Of a stretch of DNA of 64,000 nt, positions 1 to 8,706 are shown in pieces. The translations under genes and the position numbers were made by a program. Position 1 is the stretch's first letter. Each line of letters starts with the position of its first letter. Below the pieces are notes generated by a model. It searched no databases and was not told where the DNA came from. It saw only the letters and a list, made by a program, of their open reading frames with translations. The DNA comes from Candidatus Acetothermia bacterium (GTDB taxonomy: Bacteria; Bipolaricaulota; Bipolaricaulia; RBG-16-55-9; DRXL01). The stretch spans positions 12,681-76,680 of the forward strand of contig JAJHSH010000049.1 in NCBI GenBank assembly GCA_022683945.1, given 5' to 3'.

Positions 1-1
1 C

Positions 2-1624
2 GTTTCGGTCGAGGGCAATGCCGAGACCGAAGTCGTTCTGGAAAATCTTTCGGTGAGCGAGGCCAAGGGGTTCTGTGCCATCTCCGAACCCCAGTGGGTC
101 TGCGCCGACGGCGTACAGGCCCGCGGCAAAGTGAAGATCACCCTTAAAGAGATCTGGCTCTCGGCCAACCGCTGGCGCGGGCTCTTCGTGCGCGATGAAG
201 CGAGAATACAGCTTCTAAATACTGTAGTCACGGGCAACGGCGCGGGTCTTTTCGCTACGGATTCTGCCCAAGTGAGCGTTAACAATTCTCAAGTGCTGGC
301 CAACGACGGCATCGGCGTCTTCGGCGAGAGTTCGGCGCAGCTCGTCATAGCCAACTCCCAGATCGCGCGCAACAGCTGGCAAGGAATTGCTGCTATGGGT
401 GCAGCGCAGCTTACGCTCAACGAAGTCCAGTCTCTGGAGAACGGCTATGACGGACTGCTCCTCAAAGACGCAACGAAAGCCGACGTTCAGAAGAGCAGCT
501 TTCGCAATAACAAGAGTTGCGGCATAGAAGCCTTCTCTGAAGGAGTTCAGATTCGGGGTACACCCAATCTCATGCAGAGCAACGGCAGCGATCTCTGCGG
601 CTTTGTCCCGGCGACGTTGCGCCAGCCCCTCGTACCACAGACAACTCGCACTCAGATCTCAGTGCCCCAAGATTTCAAGAATCTCCAAGAAGCGGTCGAT
701 GCGCTCACACCGGGAGGGACGATCACCCTGGCAGCCGGTACCTACGAAACGGGCGTGACCCTCTGGAAGTCGCTCAGACTGCGCGGCGCGGGCAGAACAC
801 AGACGACGCTCAAAGCGCCCGTGGGTTATCACGTCGTCGTCTCTATAATTACGGAAGCCAAGAACGTCGTCCTAGAAGGGCTAGGGGTCACGGGATCGGC
901 CAGCGATGGGGTCGTCGCTTATGGTGAGTCTAGGCTGCAAGATGTGCAGATCACCCACCACGGGCGCAACGGGATCCATCTGCGGGGTACGGCCAGCGTT
1001 GCTCTCACTCATTCTCAGATTGCCGCGAATGTCACCGGCCTGACCGCGGAGAGCGCTGCGCGCCTCTCCATAGAAAGTTCTCAGTTTTTGCGGAACATCG
1101 GCGTCGGTTTATCGGTGCGCGGCTCCGCTCAAGTCAATGTCGTCAACTCCGTCTTCAGCGCCAACGGCGATCACGGCTGCATCGTAGAGGGAGCATCATC
1201 AGCGTCCTTCAGCCATGCGGTTCTTGCAGAGAACGGGCGCGGCGGACTTCTCGCCGTGGGTTTGGCCAGACTGACTCTGTCGAACTCTCATATTATCGCC
1301 AATCAGTTTGACGGCGTCTGGGCGCGCGGCTCGTCTTCTGTAGAGATACGCCAGAGCACTATTGAAAACAACGGGACGGATCGCGGCTGCCCGAGAACCG
1401 ATCAGTATTGCCACGGAGTCGAAGCTTGGGAGAGGGCGCAGATTAATATTATCGGTGCAAAGATTATGAATAATGCCGATTGGGGCGTTGCGGCCTATCT
1501 GCTCAAGTGCGGCTATTCTACAGATTCGTTCGCAGGCAAGCTCACCGTAGACGCCGAAAGCCAAGTCACGAACAACAATAAGACGGGCAACCATCCCGCG
1601 CCGGGAAATCTCTGTCTGCCGTAG
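2..1624 (+). CDS. Right-handed parallel beta-helix repeat protein, probably 5'-partial. The frame is open to the window edge; an alternative GTG start lies at 53.
   Basis: Repeated NSQV/ANDGIGV/IARNSWQGI beta-helix rungs across the 523-aa ORF. There is no in-frame stop upstream of position 53. Confidence 0.6.
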   Translation, partial: VSVEGNAETEVVLENLSVSEAKGFCAISEPQWVCADGVQARGKVKITLKEIWLSANRWRGLFVRDEARIQLLNTVVTGNGAGLFATDSAQVSVNNSQVLANDGIGVFGESSAQLVIANSQIARNSWQGIAAMGAAQLTLNEVQSLENGYDGLLLKDATKADVQKSSFRNNKSCGIEAFSEGVQIRGTPNLMQSNGSDLCGFVPATLRQPLVPQTTRTQISVPQDFKNLQEAVDALTPGGTITLAAGTYETGVTLWKSLRLRGAGRTQTTLKAPVGYHVVVSIITEAKNVVLEGLGVTGSASDGVVAYGESRLQDVQITHHGRNGIHLRGTASVALTHSQIAANVTGLTAESAARLSIESSQFLRNIGVGLSVRGSAQVNVVNSVFSANGDHGCIVEGASSASFSHAVLAENGRGGLLAVGLARLTLSNSHIIANQFDGVWARGSSSVEIRQSTIENNGTDRGCPRTDQYCHGVEAWERAQINIIGAKIMNNADWGVAAYLLKCGYSTDSFAGKLTVDAESQVTNNNKTGNHPAPGNLCLP

Positions 1625-1634
1625 CGCATAAACT

Positions 1635-2039
1635 ATGCACGAATGGGCCTTAGCCGAAGCTGTGGTCGCTACGGCGCGCCGGTTCGCGCAAGAGCAGAAG
1701 TTGCACGAAGTGACTCTGATCAAAGTGCGCTTAGGGGAGCTGCAACGCATCGAGCGCGAGATCTTTACAGCAGTGCTTCAGCAGCTCTTGCAGCAGGAGG
1801 CTGCACCGTTAAAGAGCGCTCGTCTCTCTATAGAGATCGAGAGCGCTCGCTTTCGCTGTCGTCTCTGTGCGCGCGAGTGGAGCTTGGATGAGACCAGCGC
1901 GAGTCCTGAAGAGTGCGAAGCGATTCACTTTATCCCGGAGATGGCCCACGTCTATCTTCGCTGTCTGGACTGCTCCAGCCCCGACTTCGAGATCGTGCAG
2001 GGACGTGGAGTTTGGTTAGCCGGCCTTGAAGGGATGTGA
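1635..2039 (+). CDS. hypA: Hydrogenase/urease nickel-insertion maturation factor HypA
   Basis: N-terminal MHEW nickel-binding motif and a C-terminal zinc site CRLC...CLDC; 134 aa. Confidence 0.8.
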   Translation: MHEWALAEAVVATARRFAQEQKLHEVTLIKVRLGELQRIEREIFTAVLQQLLQQEAAPLKSARLSIEIESARFRCRLCAREWSLDETSASPEECEAIHFIPEMAHVYLRCLDCSSPDFEIVQGRGVWLAGLEGM

Positions 2040-2773
2040 AGAGCATGGACCCGCGCAGCGCGATTATTCCCAAGAGAATGGAGTCGGTCCGGCGCATTAT
2101 TGCTGTAGCAGCGGGGAAGGGCGGCGTGGGCAAAAGCTCTATAGCCTGTGGGCTTGCGTTGGCCCTGCACGATCTGGGCTACGGAGTGGGCCTGCTCGAT
2201 TTAGATTTCTACGGCCCTTCGGCTCATGTGATCTTGGGAGTCAGAGAAGATATTCGGCCTCAAGAAGAGTATGGGATTCTCCCGCCCACCGTTGACGGCA
2301 TTAAATTTATGTCGTTGGTCTATTATGCAAGCGAGCACCCGGTGCCGCTGCGCGGGCTTGATCTGACCAACGCGCTGATAGAGCTGTTAGCGATCACGTG
2401 CTGGGGCCCTTTGGATTTTCTTATTATAGACATGCCGCCGGGGTTGGGGGAAGCGACGCTCGATCTGATACGGCTCTTGCCACGCGCAGAATTTTTGGTC
2501 GTCACCACGCCGTCACGAGTCGCTCTCGCAACGGTGAGGAAACTCATAGAGCTGCTGAAACAGCAGCGGGTCTCTCTGCTGGGGGTTTTGCTCAACATGC
2601 AGCACGCCGATAGTTCTTCCCTCGTGATCTCTCTTGAGGTTCCGCTACTGGAAGCGCTGCCGTTTGACCCCCAATGGGAAGCGGCCTTGGGAGATCGAGC
2701 GAGGCTTGTGCGGACGCTCGTCTATGGCCGTCTCCGCGAGGTTGCCCAGAAGATCCAGAAAATAATAATATAA
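2036..2773 (+). CDS. Mrp/NBP35/MinD-family P-loop ATPase (ApbC-like), possibly an ATP-type HypB partner
   Basis: Deviant Walker A motif AAGKGGVGKSS. GTG start overlaps the hypA stop (GTGA). Confidence 0.75.
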   Translation: MKSMDPRSAIIPKRMESVRRIIAVAAGKGGVGKSSIACGLALALHDLGYGVGLLDLDFYGPSAHVILGVREDIRPQEEYGILPPTVDGIKFMSLVYYASEHPVPLRGLDLTNALIELLAITCWGPLDFLIIDMPPGLGEATLDLIRLLPRAEFLVVTTPSRVALATVRKLIELLKQQRVSLLGVLLNMQHADSSSLVISLEVPLLEALPFDPQWEAALGDRARLVRTLVYGRLREVAQKIQKIII

Positions 2774-2775
2774 AT

Positions 2776-2800
2776 AGAAGCGAAGCCACTCGCTTCGCCC
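2776..2800. terminator. Stem-loop after the Mrp-like gene, partly related to the GTAGGGGC hairpin family
   Basis: gcgaagc-cactc-gcttcgc stem followed by the cccctac half-site. Confidence 0.35.
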
Positions 2801-3046
2801 CTACGAAGGCACGACGATCCGCGTGTCGGTTCTTTCGATCGCCGAGATCGCGCTGATCTGTTGGATGATCGCCGTCAAGAGTTTGGGGTTGGCGGCTTCG
2901 ACATGCGCGATCCCGTCAATGTCGCCGAAGAGCGCGTAGGCTTCTTTTACGCCGGAGATCGCTCGGATCGCTCCCATCGTCTCTTGGATCGGCACGGCTT
3001 GGCCCACCGTGTGGCGAAAGTTCAGCAGCACATAGGCTCGATGCAT
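2801..3046 (-). CDS. Stand-alone Lrp/AsnC ligand-binding (RAM) domain protein
   Basis: 81-aa ORF with a RAM-domain-like pattern (VKEAYALFGDIDGIAHVEA). No HTH domain is present. Confidence 0.5.
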   Translation of the reverse strand: MHRAYVLLNFRHTVGQAVPIQETMGAIRAISGVKEAYALFGDIDGIAHVEAANPKLLTAIIQQISAISAIERTDTRIVVPS

Positions 3047-3083
3047 GGAGTGAGACCTCCTTTCCGAAGCGTTCAGAGATTAT

Positions 3084-3926
3084 TCAGAATAGATCTTTCT
3101 CGCGCAACCCCAGGGGCGAAAAGAGCAGAAATTCGAGTCTCTCAGCCCCGACGCTCTCGATAGTGCGCAGAGCGCCCTCGGGCAAGAGCACGATCTGCCC
3201 TTGCTCGGCTTCTAACGTCTTCTCTTGCACCGTGATCTTCGCCGCCCCGCGTACCAGATAGAGAAAGTGCACGCCCCGCTCGCTGAGTGTGGCTCGCTCA
3301 CTCACCCGCACCAGCGCTACACTGCCCTCGCGACGCGTCCGGCTGAGATAGCTCCATTCCCACCCCGTCTCGTTATTGTTATATGTGAGAGACAGCTTAT
3401 CCCAAGCCGTCAAAGCTAAGAGCCGCGGCGCGTCCTCGCCCTGCACTTCATAGGGCGGCATGGCCTCCGGCATGAGCGAGTTCGGATCCCCGGGAGGGAG
3501 AAGATCAGCGATCACGACTTGGACCTCATCGTGGGGACTGGGCAGCGGCGTGTAGAACGTCAAGAGTTCGAGCGGCTCTGCACTGATAGTCCTCAATCCC
3601 AAGGCCGTCTGACGAGGGACTATGAAGAGATCCCCCGGCTCTAATTCTATGGAGCTCCGATAGAGAAAGCCCGTGGCTTGTCCGGCGAGCACATGGCTCA
3701 CGGTGTGAGAATCTTGATGGTAATGCGAGAGCAGCCGGCCCGGCACGCGACGGTACTCCAACTGCCCTCCCGGAACGCGCGCCAGAGTCGCCCGCTCTTC
3801 GGTTATCTCGCTGAGCGAGAGCACCGTTGCTTCTAACGGAGGAGCTTTGCCCGTCGTGGCCCACAGATAACCGAGCAACCCTGCAAAGAGCGCCAACGCG
3901 ATCCAGACCCACCAGCGCATGTCCAT
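3084..3926 (-). CDS. Bicupin-domain protein with an N-terminal membrane anchor or signal
   Basis: Hydrophobic N-terminus MDMRWWVWIALALFAGLL followed by two cupin-like segments. Confidence 0.5.
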   Translation of the reverse strand: MDMRWWVWIALALFAGLLGYLWATTGKAPPLEATVLSLSEITEERATLARVPGGQLEYRRVPGRLLSHYHQDSHTVSHVLAGQATGFLYRSSIELEPGDLFIVPRQTALGLRTISAEPLELLTFYTPLPSPHDEVQVVIADLLPPGDPNSLMPEAMPPYEVQGEDAPRLLALTAWDKLSLTYNNNETGWEWSYLSRTRREGSVALVRVSERATLSERGVHFLYLVRGAAKITVQEKTLEAEQGQIVLLPEGALRTIESVGAERLEFLLFSPLGLREKDLF

Positions 3927-4007
3927 TAATACAGAACCTCCTAAGCTACGATCTGTGCTTTTGTATTAAACCAAATTTGGGACAGGCCGCGCAACTCCGT
4001 TAATCTG

Positions 4008-5537
4008 TTAACTATTCGCTGACCGAGAGAATCCCCCAAGCTGTGTCAATCCCAAATAGAGCGCTGTGCCACAGAGCACGGCAGCACTCACCAGCACCAG
4101 CTCCGGCAGAGCGCTCAAAGAGCGTACGAGCAGAGCTACGGTCGCCCCCATCAAGAGGGCAGCCCCCGCCCTCTTCGCTATCTCCGGGAGAATAGGACGC
4201 AGCAGAGCGATTTTCAGTCGTCTCTGGAGGAGCACCAACAGCAGGAGCGCATTAGCGATTCCCGCGAGAGAAGTGGCTAAAGTCAAGCCTCCCACTCCCA
4301 ACGGCCCGACGAAGAGATAATCTAGCCCAACGTTGAGCGCTACGGCTGCGCCTCCGACGAAGACGGGCGTGCGCGTATCTTGCAGCGCATAGAAGGCCCG
4401 CGTCAAGAGATAGACGAGCGCATAGCCTGCAAGCCCGGGGAGAAGCCCCAGCAGCGCATACAGAGTTCTCTGGGTATCTTCTGGAGTGAACTGCCCGTGC
4501 TCAAAGAGCAGTCTGATCACGGGTTCTGCGATAGCCCCAAGCCCGATAGTCGCCGGCAGGACGATAAACGCCGTCAGCTTGATGCCCCGCTGGAGCGTCT
4601 GCGCGAGGGCTTCTCTTTCGTGAAGCGCAGCGTGTTGAGAGAGCTGGGGCAAAATAGCATTAGCAATAGAGACAGCAAAAAGCCCTAAGGGCAACTGAAA
4701 GAGTCGCACGGCGTATTGCAACGCCGAGACGCTGCCCTCGGCCAAGTGCGACGCCAATTTGTTGTCCACGATCACATTAATTTGAAAGATCGCCAGCCCG
4801 ACAATAGATGGGAGCATTAAGAGGCAGAGCTTTTTGAGTTGCTCATCGCGCAGATTGAATTCAGGGCGAAAGCGCCAGTGGTCTCTCAGATAGGGCACTT
4901 GAAAGAAGAGTTGGGCCACGCCCCCGATAAGCACCCCAGCCGCGAGCGCGTAGACCGGCTCCGCGAAGAAGCCCACGAGAGCGACAGTAGCTAGAACAAA
5001 CCCTAGATTAAAGAGCACCGGGGCGAACGAGGGTGCGAAGAAGCGCTCATAGCTGTTGAGCACGCCCATCAAGATCGCCGCGATCCCCATCAAGCCAATA
5101 AAAGGAAATACGATTTGAGCCAACTGAATGGCCAGAGACTGTTCTTCTCTAGAGAAGCCGTCGGCGAGAAAGGGCACATAGAGCGGCGCTAGGAGAATTC
5201 CTAAGAGAGAAAAAAAGGGAAAGAATAAAAGAGCGACAGTGAGAACGTTGTTGGCAAAACGGGTGGCGCCGTTCACGCTCTCGCGCGAGAGTCTTTCGGT
5301 GAAGAGGGGCACGAACGCGCTGGAGAGAGCGCCCTCGGCCAAGAGCCTGCGCAACATATGGGGGATCATAAAAGCGATGAGATACGCGTCGTACGCACGA
5401 CTTGCCCCGAAGAGATGGGCGATCAGAACGTCGCGCACCAGACCCAAGACGCGACTGAGCGCCGTCGCGCCGGAGAGCGTCAAAATATTTTTCAGTAAGC
5501 TGTCTTTGGGAGCAGTGTAAGTCTTTATCGCGTGCAT
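4008..5537 (-). CDS. murJ: Lipid II flippase MurJ (MviN)
   Basis: 509-aa polytopic membrane protein. The N-terminus LLKNILTLSGATALSRVLGLVRDVLIAHLFGAS is typical of MurJ. Confidence 0.85.
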   Translation of the reverse strand: MHAIKTYTAPKDSLLKNILTLSGATALSRVLGLVRDVLIAHLFGASRAYDAYLIAFMIPHMLRRLLAEGALSSAFVPLFTERLSRESVNGATRFANNVLTVALLFFPFFSLLGILLAPLYVPFLADGFSREEQSLAIQLAQIVFPFIGLMGIAAILMGVLNSYERFFAPSFAPVLFNLGFVLATVALVGFFAEPVYALAAGVLIGGVAQLFFQVPYLRDHWRFRPEFNLRDEQLKKLCLLMLPSIVGLAIFQINVIVDNKLASHLAEGSVSALQYAVRLFQLPLGLFAVSIANAILPQLSQHAALHEREALAQTLQRGIKLTAFIVLPATIGLGAIAEPVIRLLFEHGQFTPEDTQRTLYALLGLLPGLAGYALVYLLTRAFYALQDTRTPVFVGGAAVALNVGLDYLFVGPLGVGGLTLATSLAGIANALLLLVLLQRRLKIALLRPILPEIAKRAGAALLMGATVALLVRSLSALPELVLVSAAVLCGTALYLGLTQLGGFSRSANS

Positions 5538-5542
5538 GGAGG

Positions 5543-7186
5543 TTATCTGGGTATCAGGGCCAAGGCTGCGGCGATGGGGCGTCGGCTGCCGATCAGCGTT
5601 CTCTGCGCGCCTTGGCGAAAGAGCAGCGCGCTGGAAGAGCCGCCGTCGAGGGCCAGCGCATCGCGCGCGCCCAGAGCCTTCATCAGCGAGGCCAGAGTCT
5701 GTAAATCCACTCCTACGCTGGTGCTGTCTTTGACGACGGTGACCAAGAGCAGCTCGTCGGATTCTGTGAGGGCGAAGACGCTGCGCGCGGCGAGCGCGCG
5801 GGCGAACTCGTCCGAAAAGCTTTCGGCTTTGATATCGAGTACGATCTGACCGTCGCGCAGCAACAACGGACCCGCGCTGACGGCCTCGCGGACGAAGGGC
5901 AGCGCCGGCTCCAGTCTCTGAGAGATCTCGATGCGCTCGCCGGGGCGCACTCCTCCTAGGCGACTACGGGCCGCTCCCGTCGCCACCAAGAGCGTCGTCT
6001 CCCCATCGGGCAAGACGATACTGTTCTCGCTCACGCTCAGCACTAAATTGCCGCGCAAGCGCACAGCTTTTATGGGGAGATCTCTGCGTATGGGTAGCGC
6101 ATATCGGTTCGTGTACAGAAAGAGCCCGTTGGTGTGGGGAGGGCGGTTTACACCGTCAATTGCGACGCGCTGGCCCAGAATATAAGCGCTGAGCGTCAGC
6201 TTGGGCGCGACAAAATCCAGATCGCCGAAGAGCGTGATCGCGAGGGTGCCGCGCCGGCCATGGGGAGCGCTCTGGAGCAGGCCGTCTTTGATTAAGAGTC
6301 CGATGGGGAGTTGGCTCTGCGGGTCAAAAAAATTGGCGTTGATGGCGGCAAGGGCTTGGGAGGCCAGCTGATCGAGCGGGGCGAGCGAGCCGATCCCATC
6401 GGGCGGCAAGAGCGTCACCAAGCGGTAGCGCTCCTTCCAATGAGAGATCTTGAGATAGCGTAAACTCACCGGGCCGGCGAGCGTGACGGCGCGCGCGTGC
6501 AGATAGAGAATATCTTCGTTGATGCGCGTCTGGGTCTCTGTGCGCAAGAGCGCTCTGGACTCTGAGGGCATCGGTGCGACGATGGGGCGCAGCCAGAGGC
6601 TGAACTCGCGCTCCGATTCTATGACCGTTGCTTGCCAACTTGTCGTTGCGTTGATGGGGAGATGGGCGCGCAGCACGCCGGGCTCATCGGGTGAGAACCT
6701 CACACCCTCACCCCATCCCTCTCCCTGCGAGGGAGAGGGGGAATGGACGTGAAAGAATCTTATCGTCACCGGTTGAGCTTTGGTCTGAAGCTCGAAGGGC
6801 ACTCTGGCGTCAAAAGTGAAGATCACACTGTTATGAGAGAGCGTGCGCACCGCGCGCAGCCGCGCCGGCGCGCTCCAAAGATGATACTCACTGCCCAGTT
6901 TAAATAAGCGAATATCAGCGATCTGGGCCAGTCTTTCTAGCTCTATATAGAGCGTCGGGCCGCGCGCGTGCAGCTCTTCGGATTTCAAAGAGAGCCTGCG
7001 TCCCAGTCCCCAGCGCAACAACACACTGCCGTCATCGTCTCTGATGAGATCCATGCCCAAGCGGCGGGCTATCTCGTGTAGGGAGACCAGAGTCTTGCTC
7101 TCTTGTATGAGTATGGGGACTCTGAGCGTATAGCCGTTGAGAAAGAGCTTGGGGGCTTGGGCAGAAGTGTTGGCGGCGCAGAGCAA
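5543..7186 (-). CDS. Phosphodiester glycosidase family protein with an N-terminal copper-amine-oxidase-like stalk domain. The start is uncertain; a signal peptide is encoded upstream of the TTG start.
   Basis: C-terminal NAGPA-like LDGGSSSAL motif. Upstream in-frame sequence KRFFILLGLGVLLCAANTSA looks like a signal peptide. The gene contains an in-frame palindromic-element insertion (SPSPSQGEGWGEG). Confidence 0.6.
   Translation of the reverse strand: MLCAANTSAQAPKLFLNGYTLRVPILIQESKTLVSLHEIARRLGMDLIRDDDGSVLLRWGLGRRLSLKSEELHARGPTLYIELERLAQIADIRLFKLGSEYHLWSAPARLRAVRTLSHNSVIFTFDARVPFELQTKAQPVTIRFFHVHSPSPSQGEGWGEGVRFSPDEPGVLRAHLPINATTSWQATVIESEREFSLWLRPIVAPMPSESRALLRTETQTRINEDILYLHARAVTLAGPVSLRYLKISHWKERYRLVTLLPPDGIGSLAPLDQLASQALAAINANFFDPQSQLPIGLLIKDGLLQSAPHGRRGTLAITLFGDLDFVAPKLTLSAYILGQRVAIDGVNRPPHTNGLFLYTNRYALPIRRDLPIKAVRLRGNLVLSVSENSIVLPDGETTLLVATGAARSRLGGVRPGERIEISQRLEPALPFVREAVSAGPLLLRDGQIVLDIKAESFSDEFARALAARSVFALTESDELLLVTVVKDSTSVGVDLQTLASLMKALGARDALALDGGSSSALLFRQGAQRTLIGSRRPIAAALALIPR
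6699..6745. repeat. GC-rich compound palindromic element, copy a, in-frame within the glycosidase gene
   Basis: cacaccctcacccc-atcc-ctctccc-tgcga-gggagaggggg. Encodes HSPSPSQGEGWGEGV on the minus strand. Confidence 0.8.
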
Positions 7187-7218
7187 GACTCCCAGCCCAA
7201 GCAGTATGAAAAATCGCT

Positions 7219-7689
7219 TCAGAGGGACGAGCTTGACGATGCTCCCTCCTCCTCTACGTGAATGCGCACGCTCGCCGTGATCTCTTTATAGAGACTGATC
7301 TGTACCGTGTGCGCACCGAGCGCTTCGATGGGCGTCTCTAGAACAATTTTGCTCTTCTCTAGCTCGATATTGAGCTTTTGCAGGATCTCTTCGGCGATCT
7401 CCTCGCGGCGCACCGAGCTGTAGAGTACCCCGTCGTGGGCGCGACGCTTAAAAGTCAGCGTGAAGCCGTCGAGCTTCGCTTGGGCGGCGCGGGCCCAGGC
7501 TTCGCGTTGCTGGAGTTCCGTGGCGCGACGCTCGCGGGCTTTCTTGAACTGACTAACTGTATGCGGCATAGGGAGGACGGCGAGCTTGCGCGGGAAGAGA
7601 TAATTTCGCGCGTAGCCGTCCGCGACTTTGACAAGATCTCCGGGTTCGCCTAATTTCTCGACGCTTTGGGTCAACAGCACTTCTATCAT
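7219..7689 (-). CDS. rplI: 50S ribosomal protein L9
   Basis: MIEVLLTQSVEKLGEPGDLVKVADGYARNYLFPRKLAV matches the L9 N-domain. Confidence 0.9.
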   Translation of the reverse strand: MIEVLLTQSVEKLGEPGDLVKVADGYARNYLFPRKLAVLPMPHTVSQFKKARERRATELQQREAWARAAQAKLDGFTLTFKRRAHDGVLYSSVRREEIAEEILQKLNIELEKSKIVLETPIEALGAHTVQISLYKEITASVRIHVEEEGASSSSSL

Positions 7690-7767
7690 AGCGAGACTCC
7701 TCCTAAGATCTGGCGATGAGATTTGTCTATTCTACCGGCCAGAACGGAGGACTTCCACCGCTCTCTG

Positions 7768-7810
7768 CTCCCTCTCCCTTGTAGGGAGAGGGTTAGGGGT
7801 GAGGGTGTAT
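7768..7810. repeat. GC-rich compound palindromic element, copy b, intergenic between rplI and folP
   Basis: ccctctccc-ttgta-gggagaggg-tta-ggggtgagggtgt. Confidence 0.8.
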
Positions 7811-7845
7811 ATATTTCATGCTATAGTAATAGCGGGTGAACTCTA

Positions 7846-8706
7846 ATGACCGATGTCCTCTCGGAGTTGGGAAAGCGCACCCTCGTGATGGGGATTCTGA
7901 ACGTCACTCCGGACTCGTTCTCCGATGGGGGACGGTTTTACAGTCTCCCAGAGGCGCTGGCGCACGCCCGACGATTGATCGCCGAAGGCGCAGATATTAT
8001 AGATATTGGGGGCGAGTCCACACGACCGGGAGCGCAGCCCGTCTCGTCAGACGAAGAGCTGCGCCGTGTCGTGCCCGTCGTGCGCGCCGTGCATCAAGAG
8101 TTCCCCCATATCCCCATCTCGATAGATACTTGCAAAGCTACCGTTGCCGAAGCAGCTTTAGAAGCCGGCGCGACGATTCTCAATGAGATCAGCGCGCTGC
8201 GCTTCGATCTCCAGATGGCCAAAGTAGCTGCGCAGGCGCGCGTCCCCGTGGTCTTGATGCACATGAAGGGCGAGCCCAGAACGATGCAGCAGAACCCGAT
8301 TTACAGTGACGTTGTCACGGAGATCAAAGAGTTCTTGCGTGAACGCATGGCGTTTGCGCGCGCGCAGGGGATCGAGCAGATTTGGCTTGATCCCGGCATC
8401 GGGTTTGGCAAGCGCGTCGCGCACAATATCGAGATTTTAAGAGGCTTGGGCGAGCTGAGAGAGTTAAGCTGCCCGATCTTGATTGGCACGTCGCGCAAGT
8501 TCTTTGTTGGGCGTTTAGGAGCGACGCGCTCGGAGCCGTTGCCCGTCACCGAGCGTCTGGAGGGCACGATCGCGAGTAATATCATCGCGGTGCTCAACGG
8601 GGCGCAGATCGTGCGCGTACACGATGTAGCCTCTATGAAGAGAGCGTTGGCTATCGCCGATGCCGTGCGCTATGGCTGGGAAGAAGAGAAGTATGCTCAG
8701 ACTTAA
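7846..8706 (+). CDS. folP: Dihydropteroate synthase
   Basis: VMGILNVTPDSFSDGG ... DIIDIGGESTRPGA, the pterin-binding domain signature. Confidence 0.9.
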   Translation: MTDVLSELGKRTLVMGILNVTPDSFSDGGRFYSLPEALAHARRLIAEGADIIDIGGESTRPGAQPVSSDEELRRVVPVVRAVHQEFPHIPISIDTCKATVAEAALEAGATILNEISALRFDLQMAKVAAQARVPVVLMHMKGEPRTMQQNPIYSDVVTEIKEFLRERMAFARAQGIEQIWLDPGIGFGKRVAHNIEILRGLGELRELSCPILIGTSRKFFVGRLGATRSEPLPVTERLEGTIASNIIAVLNGAQIVRVHDVASMKRALAIADAVRYGWEEEKYAQT

